Source: Candidatus Latescibacterota bacterium (GTDB lineage: Bacteria; Latescibacterota; UBA2968; UBA8231). From it: a stretch of 64,000 nt of DNA. Shown here one piece after another: positions 10,885 through 19,214 of the stretch (the stretch's first letter is position 1; every line of letters begins with the position of its first letter). Under the pieces are notes generated by a model. That model made no database searches and was not told where the DNA came from. It saw nothing but the letters and a program-made list of their open reading frames with translations. Location: contig OZ242214.1 of the NCBI GenBank assembly GCA_965206595.1, positions 5,312,001 through 5,376,000 on the forward strand. The letters run 5' to 3'. Both the position numbers and the translations under genes were made by a program.

Positions 10885-13365
10885 TCAGCGGCGCGCGTGG
10901 TGGGAAGCCGCAGGAGCCTGGTAGGTCACCGACAGGTGCGGGGTTTCGAGCCGGGTGTTGTTCTGCGACCGCGACACCAGGCAGCTTTCCTGGAGGCCGT
11001 TGACGATCAGGGTGCGCTCCGCGGGAAACGCCGCTTTTCCGGTGACGATCGTCTCGACGATTTTCGCCACCAGCGAGGCGGAGTAGGTGACCGGCGGGGT
11101 CGGGGTGAGGAAGATCTGGGTCGACACCGGTCGCTCCTCCCCGCTCAGCCTCGCAGCGAAGCAGTAGTCCCTGACCGCGCCGTTGAGCATCAGCAGCGTC
11201 GCCCGCAGGCCGTCGCGGAACTCGATCAGGTAGGCCGCCGGCTCCGAGGCCAGGCGCTTTACGTCGCCGCTGCCGACGAGGTCGTGCGTGCGGCCGTCTT
11301 CCAGGGTCGGGCCGCAGGGAGAATCCGCCCGCGACAGCGCCGCCTCGAGCAGCTCCCACGACCACAGCCCGTCGTCCCCGGCCTTCCAGACCGCGTCTCC
11401 GTCGAGCAGCTGCACCGCGGCGACCCCGGTCTCTCCGCCCCGGCGCCGCTCGATCATGCACTGCATCGCCTCGAGGGCGTGGTAGTCCATGGCGTCGGAG
11501 CCGCCGACGCCGGCCATCAGGGCCTCCTCGATATCGCAACCGAGCGGCAGCTCGACGTCCGGCAACCGCCAGGTGACGGGCAGCGACGACCCCGCTATGA
11601 CGGGAAAGCCGAGGCGGTGCCCGTCGGCGACCATTTCGCTGGCTTTTTCGAAGCTGTACGACAGGTGCTTGTCGTTGTAGACCGGCACCGCCCTTCCATC
11701 CTCCTCGAACACCTCGACGCACTGCTTGAAGAACTCGTAGCGCGGGTACTGCTTCTGCCCGAGTTCGTTGACGGGGTACTCCCCGTGCTCGCCGATGATG
11801 ACGACGGCGTCGACGGCGAGCCGCTCTCCCCCGCACCGGAGCGCTCCGGCGATGGTCGGATGGACGCTGAAGCCGAACTCGCGGGCGCGGTCCTCGCTCT
11901 GGTCCCCTTCGGGCCGCTGGTCGACGTACATCGACACCACCTGCATGTTGGGCCGGTGCCACGATCCCTCGTAGGCATAGCCGATCATGAAGCGGTCGCC
12001 GAAGTGCTGGCCGTGGGAGAGGTAACGGTAGATGGAGGCGATGATGGCGACGCGTAACGGCGGTTCCGCGGCGGTGCGGCGGTCGCTGACGATGTCGGCG
12101 TGAAGGGGCTGATCGTCGGGCGCCGCGGGGGCTGCCGGCTGTCCGGGCTCGCTGCCGGGCGCCCCCCAGAAAGTCGATTCCTCCTCCGCCCGGTAGGCGA
12201 TGTCGAGGTGGGGGGTGTCGATTCTGACCTGTTCCCGGTGCAGGCTGTCGACGCCGGCAGCGACGAGACCGGTGGTCAGCAGGGTGCGTTCGACCGGGTA
12301 CGACGGTTTGCCGCTGAGGAACATGCGCTCGACCTGGTAGCACTGGGGGCTGAAGAAGTTGGCCAGGGTCGTGCGCACCGGCGGCATCGGCAGATACATC
12401 TGGGTCGAGAACGGACGCTCGCTGCCCTCGAGCCGCGCCGCGAAGTTGAAGTCCTGCACCAGGCCGTTGAACAGGATCATCGTGCACCGGAGGCCGTCGA
12501 GGTGCTCGTAGTGGTAGGCGACCGGATCCTCGACCAGGCGTTTCATCTCGTCGATGGTCGGGAACGGGTTGTTGAAGCCGCTGCGCGCCGGGGTCAGGGT
12601 GTGGCTGCGGCAGAGGGCGGCCTCGAACAGGTCGCGGGACCAAAGCCCGTCGCTGTGCGCCTGCCAGAAGCGGTCGCCGCGGAACGCCTCGAGCCAGCGC
12701 ACCCCGACCTCGCCCCCCTCCCTGCGCTCGACCATGCACTGCAAGGTTTCGAGGGCGTGGAAGTCGTAGCTGTCGACGCCGCCGACGGCGACGCAGACCG
12801 CTTCCTCGACCCGTGCGCCCAAGGGCAGATCGACCGCGGGTGTGCGCCAGGTGACCGGCAGCGACGAGCCGGCCATGAAAGGGAATCCCATCGTCTGGGA
12901 GGTGTCGTACATCTCGCGCGCCCACTCCCAGTTCCAGGAGAGGTGCTTGTCGTTGAAGACAGGGGCGGTTCTGCCGGTGGTGCGGTAGACGGAGACGATC
13001 TGCCGGAAGAGCTCGTAACGCGGGTAGAGGCGCTGGCCCTTCTCGTTGGTGCCGTAGGTGCCGTGCTCGCCGATGAGGAGGACGCCGTCGACGGCCAGGT
13101 CGCTACCGCCCAGAGTCAGGGCGTCGGCCACGGTCGGGTAGATGGTCAAATGCTCGAAGCGGGACTCGCGCTCGCGGCTCAGGTCGGTTTCGGGGAACTG
13201 GTCGACGTACAGCGACACCAGGTCCATCGCCGGGCGGTGATGGCGGCTGCCCCAGCCGTATCCTTGGAGGAAGCGGTCGCAGATGTGCTGGCCATGGGAG
13301 TGCCTGCGGTACTCGGTGACGATGCCGGCGATTCGCGGGCGGGCTCCTTCAGGGGAAGTGGTCAT
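10885..13365 (-). CDS. Uncharacterised protein made of two tandem homologous ~400-aa units (Gfo/Idh/MocA-like Rossmann fold suspected)
   Basis: Both halves share SHGQH..DRF..GY, VS.YVDQ.P, LAVD.V..IGEHG.Y..NE.GQ..YPRYE, NDKHLS, AGSSLPVTWR and D[FY]HALE..QCM.ERR.GGE.GV. Confidence 0.85.
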   Translation of the reverse strand: MTTSPEGARPRIAGIVTEYRRHSHGQHICDRFLQGYGWGSRHHRPAMDLVSLYVDQFPETDLSRERESRFEHLTIYPTVADALTLGGSDLAVDGVLLIGEHGTYGTNEKGQRLYPRYELFRQIVSVYRTTGRTAPVFNDKHLSWNWEWAREMYDTSQTMGFPFMAGSSLPVTWRTPAVDLPLGARVEEAVCVAVGGVDSYDFHALETLQCMVERREGGEVGVRWLEAFRGDRFWQAHSDGLWSRDLFEAALCRSHTLTPARSGFNNPFPTIDEMKRLVEDPVAYHYEHLDGLRCTMILFNGLVQDFNFAARLEGSERPFSTQMYLPMPPVRTTLANFFSPQCYQVERMFLSGKPSYPVERTLLTTGLVAAGVDSLHREQVRIDTPHLDIAYRAEEESTFWGAPGSEPGQPAAPAAPDDQPLHADIVSDRRTAAEPPLRVAIIASIYRYLSHGQHFGDRFMIGYAYEGSWHRPNMQVVSMYVDQRPEGDQSEDRAREFGFSVHPTIAGALRCGGERLAVDAVVIIGEHGEYPVNELGQKQYPRYEFFKQCVEVFEEDGRAVPVYNDKHLSYSFEKASEMVADGHRLGFPVIAGSSLPVTWRLPDVELPLGCDIEEALMAGVGGSDAMDYHALEAMQCMIERRRGGETGVAAVQLLDGDAVWKAGDDGLWSWELLEAALSRADSPCGPTLEDGRTHDLVGSGDVKRLASEPAAYLIEFRDGLRATLLMLNGAVRDYCFAARLSGEERPVSTQIFLTPTPPVTYSASLVAKIVETIVTGKAAFPAERTLIVNGLQESCLVSRSQNNTRLETPHLSVTYQAPAASHHARR

Positions 13366-13819
13366 TTTTCTCTTTCAGATTTTTCGGTTTGTGAATCGGC
13401 GGAGGGACCGCCGTTTAGGGGGGCAGCGGCCGGAAATAGCCCGGCGGCTGCCCGTGGCGGGAAAAGGTTCCGTGCGTTCGTTGAGAAGCGAGCTACCTTG
13501 GGATTTCGAAGGCCCCCCCTTGCCGGTCCCCCAGGCTCTCCCGGAATCCGTGCTATCCTTGAAAAGCCGGCGGACTCCGGCGACGCGTATCAGCTATTTT
13601 CATCTCCCGGGTTCCGGAAGGGCCCGGAAGAGAACCGGCGGCGGGGAAGGGTCAACGAACCGGAAATGCGATGCTCGGGCGCTGAAAAACCGGAGTCTGT
13701 CCGGGCTGCATGATCAGCCTTTCGCAGGCACCGCGCAACGAAATCCCGAAGGCACGGCAGCTTCCGATGAACGATTACAACAACCTCTCCCGGCAGACAC
13801 TCGAAGAAGGAGGCGAGGC

Positions 13820-14881
13820 ATGAAAGCGGTATTCGACGACCTGTTCTGCTGGTCGGTGTTCAGCGAGCGCCGGCAGATCGATTTCAACGGCCATCTCTGG
13901 GTTCGGGAGGCAGGCAACGTCCTGATCGATCCCGTGCCGATGATCGAGTCGGACCTGCGGCAGTTCGACGACCTGGGGGGCGCGGAGTGGATCGTGGTGA
14001 CCAACAGGGACCACCAGCGGGAAGCCGCCGCCTTCCGCGAGCGCTGCGGCGCGCAGCTCGTCGCTCACGGCGAAGATGTGGAGGGTATCGAAGCGCAGGT
14101 CGATCGCACCGTCGGCGACGGCGAAGAGATCGTGCCGGGGCTGCGGGCAGTGCACCTCCGCTTCGGGAAGAGCGCCGGGGAAATCTCCCTGTACTGGCCG
14201 GAGAAGCGGACCATCCTCGCCAGCGACCTCCTGGTCGGGGCGCCCGTGGGCCGGTTCTCTCTGTTGATGGACGAGGTCCTGGAAGATCCTCCGGCGGCCG
14301 CCCTGGAAGTGCGCAAGCTGCTGGCGCTCGATTTCGACGCCATCGTCGTCGGCGACGGTCACTCGGTCATGAGGGACGCCAGGGAGCGGTTGCTGGAGTG
14401 CCTCGAAGAGCGAACGGACATCTACATCAACCAGGTCAACAGCGGTGACATGGACTGGATCCCTTACTCGCGCCGCGAAGGGTACGCGTGGGACACCAGG
14501 GAGATCGACGCCCTCGTCGGCGCCCGCAATCTCGGCTACCGGATGATTCGCCTGCCTCCGGGCCAGTCGACCTTTCCCCTTCATTTCCACCACCACGCCG
14601 AAGAGCTGTTCTTCGCCGTCGAAGGGGAATGCACCCTCGTCACACCCCGTGGCAACCTGCCGGTGCGAAAGGGGGATTTCATCGCCTTTCCGCCAGGACC
14701 TCGCGGGGCCCACAAGTTCACCAACGAAGGGGCCGAGCCCTGCGAGCTTCTCGCTTTCGGCGACCGCCGGCACGGGGACGTCGCCGAGTACCCCGACTCT
14801 GGCAAGATCAACTTCATCTGCCGGCCCGGACCCCTCATCTTCCGCAAGCGGGACGCCGTCGACTACTGGGAGGGGGAGTAG
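13820..14881 (+). CDS. MBL-fold / cupin fusion protein
   Basis: N-half WSVFSERRQIDFNG, NVLIDP, VTNRDHQR, VGDGH; C-half cupin PLHFHHHAEELFF and FPPG..GAHKF.N; RBS AGGAGG. Confidence 0.85.
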   Translation: MKAVFDDLFCWSVFSERRQIDFNGHLWVREAGNVLIDPVPMIESDLRQFDDLGGAEWIVVTNRDHQREAAAFRERCGAQLVAHGEDVEGIEAQVDRTVGDGEEIVPGLRAVHLRFGKSAGEISLYWPEKRTILASDLLVGAPVGRFSLLMDEVLEDPPAAALEVRKLLALDFDAIVVGDGHSVMRDARERLLECLEERTDIYINQVNSGDMDWIPYSRREGYAWDTREIDALVGARNLGYRMIRLPPGQSTFPLHFHHHAEELFFAVEGECTLVTPRGNLPVRKGDFIAFPPGPRGAHKFTNEGAEPCELLAFGDRRHGDVAEYPDSGKINFICRPGPLIFRKRDAVDYWEGE

Positions 14882-15904
14882 GTGGACAGCTTCATCGCCG
14901 TTCACAATGGCTTCGACGGCGGCTGGCCCTGGGCGGCCGACCACTTCCGCGCCCTGTGGCAGAGGCAGGGGGAGGTCGGATTCCGGCGCCTCGCCCACGG
15001 GGACGACCGCCGGCTCGCGGAGGTAGCCGGCGAACATGCAGCCTCGGTGGCCAGACTCGCCTGCCTCGGGGTGCGCGTCACCCTCGATTGCCTGGAGGCG
15101 TTTCCGTCGCTGCGGGAAGCGTCCTTCCAGGGCCCGCCCCACAGGCTTGACGCCGAATGCGAGGCGGCGCTCGCCGGGAGGGGCGTCGCCCTGTACAGAC
15201 AGCTTTCCGAAGGGTTCTGGGGACAGTCGGTCGCCGAATGCGGGCTGGCCCTCACCCTGTGCGCGCTGCGCCGCATTCCCCAGCTGCACACCGGGATCGC
15301 CACCGGCACCCCGGACTGGGACTGGCGCCCGCCCGGAGGCATCGGCGCTCCGGGGCAGCGGGGGGCGCAGTACAGCGACGATTCGGCCTTCGCCAACGGC
15401 ACCCTCGCCGGCAAGCGGGTGCGGGTGGTCGGCGCCGGCAACATCGGCAGCCGCTACGCGAGCTTCGCGAGCACCCTGGGGGCCGAAGTCGCCGCCTGGG
15501 ATCCGTTTGCCGCCGAACCCGCCTTCCACCGCGCCGGCGCCCGCCGCGAGCACCACCTTGCCCGCCTGGTGGAGGACGCCGAGGTGTTCGCCCCGATGGT
15601 TCCCCTGAGGGATTCCACACGGGGGCTCGTAACCGCAGACCATATCGGCGCCCTGCCCGCCGGCTGCCTGGTGGTCCTGGTGACCCGGGCCGGGATCTGC
15701 GACATAGGGGCGCTGCGGCGCCGGGTGCTCGCCGACGAGCTGAGTCTGGCCGCCGACGTCTTCGACCGGGAGCCGCTGCCGGCGGACGACCCGCTCATCG
15801 GCAGGCACAACGTCGTGCACACGCCCCATATCGCCGGGCGCACCGCCGACGCCAACCGCTCCTGGGCGGAGCACCTGGCGGACCAGTTTCAGCCGCGGGG
15901 TTGA
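14882..15904 (+). CDS. D-isomer-specific 2-hydroxyacid dehydrogenase family protein
   Basis: VVGAGNIG, VTRAG, ADVFDREP, TPHIAG. Confidence 0.88.
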   Translation: MDSFIAVHNGFDGGWPWAADHFRALWQRQGEVGFRRLAHGDDRRLAEVAGEHAASVARLACLGVRVTLDCLEAFPSLREASFQGPPHRLDAECEAALAGRGVALYRQLSEGFWGQSVAECGLALTLCALRRIPQLHTGIATGTPDWDWRPPGGIGAPGQRGAQYSDDSAFANGTLAGKRVRVVGAGNIGSRYASFASTLGAEVAAWDPFAAEPAFHRAGARREHHLARLVEDAEVFAPMVPLRDSTRGLVTADHIGALPAGCLVVLVTRAGICDIGALRRRVLADELSLAADVFDREPLPADDPLIGRHNVVHTPHIAGRTADANRSWAEHLADQFQPRG

Positions 15905-15940
15905 CGGGTTTCCGGAGGTTTGGCTGCAAGCGTCCGGGTA

Positions 15941-16030
15941 TTAATTCCAGGTTCCCTGCTCCATGGCGGAGATGACGATGCGGTCGATGTACGAATCCTT
16001 ATCGCCGCCGCTGATTCTGTCCGGTCCCAT
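15941..16030 (-). CDS. Putative 29-aa small protein MGPDRISGGDKDSYIDRIVISAMEQGTWN
   Basis: Very strong SD (AGGAGGAGGTGA) just upstream of the ATG; below the ORF-track cutoff; no recognised family. Confidence 0.3.
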   Translation of the reverse strand: MGPDRISGGDKDSYIDRIVISAMEQGTWN

Positions 16031-16175
16031 ACCCGATTCACCTCCTCCTAACCAGTGCAGGCCGCCTCCTGACCCCGTTCCTTACACGCAGCCCCAGCCG
16101 TATGGCGGGACCATCGAGGGGGATCGCCCATTCCGCGATATTCCCTCGTAGTCAGTCCCCTGGCATAGAAACTCC

Positions 16176-16207
16176 TTGATCTATTAGCCCCCCCCCCCCT
16201 GTATCAT
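16176..16207 (+). promoter_or_regulatory. Putative sigma70 promoter with C12 tract in the spacer
   Basis: TTGATC (16176-16181), then a 20-nt spacer containing C12 (16188-16199), then TATCAT (16202-16207); ~100 nt upstream of the FMN-binding gene. Confidence 0.4.
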
Positions 16208-16304
16208 TGGCCCGCCTTGATTCACCATCGGCAAGCGTGCCAGGAGAAGGTTGGCCGGTCCGCGAGTCGAGGTGATCTTCTCACTTTTTTCGCGGACTGG
16301 AGGC

Positions 16305-16907
16305 ATGACCTCCCGCAAGCCGGCAGTACTGATCGCCTGCGGCCTGATCCTGGGCCTGACCGGCGGAGCGGCCGTTCTCCTCCACCTCTACTCTCAGGCA
16401 AGCGCCCGCCACTTCGATCCCGCGCTTCCCGCGCTCCCCTCCGCGACACAGCTCCTCGCAACCACCCGTCAGTTCGACCCTTCGCTCGCTTCCATCGACC
16501 TCCAGTTGATCCACGAGCCCCGGCCGCTGCCCCGCTCCGGCCTGCTGCAGCTCTACCGGGTCTCCGACAACGGCCGCCCGGTCTACGCCCTGGCGCTGGT
16601 GCGCCACGACATCGCCTGCGGTACCTGCCGCGACCTGCTGGCCGCGGTCTTTCTGACCGCCTCGACCCGGGAGATCGCCGGGGTGGCCCCCTTGGAAGCC
16701 TGGGAGAAGGAGAGCGGCTCCTTCGAACCGGGCGCGTTCCTGGCGCAACTGAAAGGGACCTCTCTGGGAGATTCGTTGCGGCTGGGACAAAACCTGGACG
16801 GCATCAGCGGGGCGACGCTGACCGTCGGCGCCATGCTGAAGGAGCTGCGGGGGCTGCGTTCCTGGTTCGCATCGAGACCGCCAAATGGGAGCAAGGGAAA
16901 TGGCTGA
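16305..16907 (+). CDS. Membrane-anchored FMN-binding-domain protein with CxxC
   Basis: N-terminal TM; HDIACGTCRD; flavinylation-type motif DGISGATLT; RBS GGAGG. Confidence 0.8.
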   Translation: MTSRKPAVLIACGLILGLTGGAAVLLHLYSQASARHFDPALPALPSATQLLATTRQFDPSLASIDLQLIHEPRPLPRSGLLQLYRVSDNGRPVYALALVRHDIACGTCRDLLAAVFLTASTREIAGVAPLEAWEKESGSFEPGAFLAQLKGTSLGDSLRLGQNLDGISGATLTVGAMLKELRGLRSWFASRPPNGSKGNG

Positions 16908-17445
16908 TCCTTCCGGGATGAACCCTATGGTAAGGCCGCTGTCTGCGGCCGCGGGGCTGCTGCTGGCCCTGTGCATCGGCATCGGCGCGCGCCTGGAGAC
17001 CGGGGCGCCGCCCGGGCTGCCGCCCAAGCCGTTCGCCCACCTGCTGGGCCGGCAGGCGCCCGATTTCACATTGCCCGGCCTTGGGGGAGAAACCGTGTCC
17101 CTGGCCAGCGCCCGGGGGTCCGGCCCCTGGCTTCTCTACTTCACCGACGCCGCGTGCGGGGCCTGCAAGGCCGCCTACCCGGCGGTGGAGGCGGCGGCCG
17201 AGGTGCTGCCCATCGTCGCCATCGCCACGGGCGACCCGGATTTGCTCGAGACCAATCTGGGCGGGAGGACGGCGGCCATCGGCCACGACGAGCAGCAGTC
17301 GGTCCACCAGCTCTACGACGTGCGCGGGGTGCCCAGCGCCCTGCTGATCGACCGGCGCGGGGTGGTCCGCCACGCCGCCACCGGCAGCCGCAGTATCACC
17401 GAAGTCCTGGCGGCCTGGAACGAATCGAAGGGAGGAGGGGGATGA
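16900..17445 (+). CDS. TlpA/ResA-like thioredoxin-fold protein (CGAC)
   Basis: Signal/TM segment; APDFTLP; YFTDAACGAC; VRGVPSALLIDRRG. Start may be 16900, 16918 or 16927. Confidence 0.88.
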   Translation: MADPSGMNPMVRPLSAAAGLLLALCIGIGARLETGAPPGLPPKPFAHLLGRQAPDFTLPGLGGETVSLASARGSGPWLLYFTDAACGACKAAYPAVEAAAEVLPIVAIATGDPDLLETNLGGRTAAIGHDEQQSVHQLYDVRGVPSALLIDRRGVVRHAATGSRSITEVLAAWNESKGGGG

Positions 17446-18038
17446 TGGATCGCAATGCACTCAAGCCGGTGCTGGCTGGAGGCGCGCTGGCGCTGGGGTT
17501 GATCGTCGCCCTGGCGACCGGGGAACCGCCCGAGGGCCGGGATGCGCAGTCCTCGCTGCTCCTGCGCGTGGTCGAAGAAGGGGCCGCCCTGCTCTCCCGG
17601 GGCACGCCGGCGCCCGAGTTCGAGCTGCAGGATGTGGCCGGGGAGAACACCGTCAGCCTGGAAGATCTCAAGGGGGCATCTGCGGCCGCCGTATTCGTCA
17701 GCTTCTCCTGTCCGTACAGCCGAAAGCTTATGCACACGGTGCTGGACGAGGGCCTGCCCGATCTGGGCAATCGCCTGCTGTTCATTCAGCGCGGGGGCGA
17801 CACCGGCCGGGAGCCGACGCAGGAAGTGGCAGAGCTGCAGGCCGAACTGTTGACCCGGTTTCCGCTGCTGGAGGATGCCGACGGCAGCACTTTCGACGCC
17901 TACCAAACCAGCGGCGTGCCCACGACCTACCTGCTCGACCCCGAGGGCAGGGTGGCGGCATCCGGCGTCGGTGAGCCGGAGGGAGCCAAGCTGGTACGGT
18001 CCCTGGCAGCCGATGTCCTCGGGCCGAAGGGAAACTGA
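17442..18038 (+). CDS. TlpA-like thioredoxin-fold protein (CPYS, monothiol)
   Basis: TM segment; APEFEL; FVSFSCPYS; SGVPTTYLLDPEG; ATGA overlap with the upstream gene. Confidence 0.85.
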   Translation: MMDRNALKPVLAGGALALGLIVALATGEPPEGRDAQSSLLLRVVEEGAALLSRGTPAPEFELQDVAGENTVSLEDLKGASAAAVFVSFSCPYSRKLMHTVLDEGLPDLGNRLLFIQRGGDTGREPTQEVAELQAELLTRFPLLEDADGSTFDAYQTSGVPTTYLLDPEGRVAASGVGEPEGAKLVRSLAADVLGPKGN

Positions 18039-18039
18039 G

Positions 18040-19101
18040 TTGATACACCTGTTCACCGACCCGGTCTTCCTCGTGGAGACGGCCATGCTCGCCAGCCTGC
18101 TGGCGGTCGGCTTCTACACCAGCTACACCGACCTGAAGGCGAGGTGGGTGCCGAATCGCTACACCCTGACCCTGCTCGGGATCGGCCTCGTCGGGCAGAC
18201 GGTGATGATAGCGCTCGACGTGACCACGTTCGGCCGCGTCGCCGCTTTGCTCGGTATCGGCCTGGCGATCGCAGTGGGGCTGACCCGGTTTAGGTTCTGG
18301 GCGATGGGGGACGCCAAGCTGTTCTGGGCCGCGGTGGCGGCCCTGCCCCCGAGCCTGTGCCCGTCGCCCGATCCCCTGGCGCCGCAGGCGCCCCCGTTCG
18401 CCCTGATCCTGAACAGTCTGCTCTGCTACCTCGTCGTGCTGCTGCTGGTGCCGCTGTGGCGCCGCGAGGAAGAGACGCGCCCGCACCGGCCCGGGGGGCG
18501 GCAGTGGCTGCGCGCCGCCTGGGGCCTGGCCGGGCTGCTGGGCCTGGCCCTGGCGTTCGCCTTTCTCGTGCTCCAGCGCCCGCTCAGCTACCTCGAGGCG
18601 CTCGTGGCCTTGATCGCCGGCTGGGTCCTGCTGGAACGGGGACTGGAGGAGAAATACTGGAGCGTGATTCTGCTGCCCGGACTTGCCGCCCTGCTCTACC
18701 TGTCCTACGCGACCGGGGCCTGGCAGACCTGCGTGCTGATGCTGGGCGCGGTCTGGCTGCTGGAGCTGGTGTATCTGCAGGTGCGGCACCAGTACGGCCG
18801 CGCCCTGGTGCAGTCGTTTCCGGTCGGCGAGGTCCAGGCCGGGGACGTGCCCCGGCGCCGACTGGAGCTGGAGAAAGGCGGTGGGGTTGTGTTCGAAGCG
18901 GGCCAGCCGCTGTCGCAGAAGCAGGCGAGCCGCCTGCGTGAGCTGGGCAGGCAGGGCAGGCTGTCGGACGATTCCATCGAGCTGGAACAGGCGTTTCCGT
19001 TCGTACCGTTCATCGCCGCCGGGGCGCTGCTGACCGCGGTGTTCGCCGGCAACCTGGCGCCGCCCCTGGTCGATCTGGTGATATGGCTCAGAGGGCAATA
19101 A
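18040..19101 (+). CDS. A24 family prepilin peptidase (TadV/CpaA/FlaK-like)
   Basis: Catalytic-type Asp motifs SYTDLKARWVPN and AMGDAKL; multiple TMs; C-terminal PFVPFIAAG typical of A24 peptidases. Confidence 0.9.
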   Translation: MIHLFTDPVFLVETAMLASLLAVGFYTSYTDLKARWVPNRYTLTLLGIGLVGQTVMIALDVTTFGRVAALLGIGLAIAVGLTRFRFWAMGDAKLFWAAVAALPPSLCPSPDPLAPQAPPFALILNSLLCYLVVLLLVPLWRREEETRPHRPGGRQWLRAAWGLAGLLGLALAFAFLVLQRPLSYLEALVALIAGWVLLERGLEEKYWSVILLPGLAALLYLSYATGAWQTCVLMLGAVWLLELVYLQVRHQYGRALVQSFPVGEVQAGDVPRRRLELEKGGGVVFEAGQPLSQKQASRLRELGRQGRLSDDSIELEQAFPFVPFIAAGALLTAVFAGNLAPPLVDLVIWLRGQ

Positions 19102-19214
19102 CGGAAGGAGGTGAGGCCCTTATCGCCGCGCAGGCTGGCTGCGCGAAGTTTCAAGGGGATGGGATGGGAAGGGGAGGTTCACCACAAAACCCTTGTCTTC
19201 CAAGAGGAGGATGA

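Noticed and set aside
10502-15874. Long alternative-frame ORFs (10502-12925, 12100-13713, 13775-15874)
   Set aside because: Arg/Pro/Gly-rich or antisense frames overlapping genes with clear family motifs.
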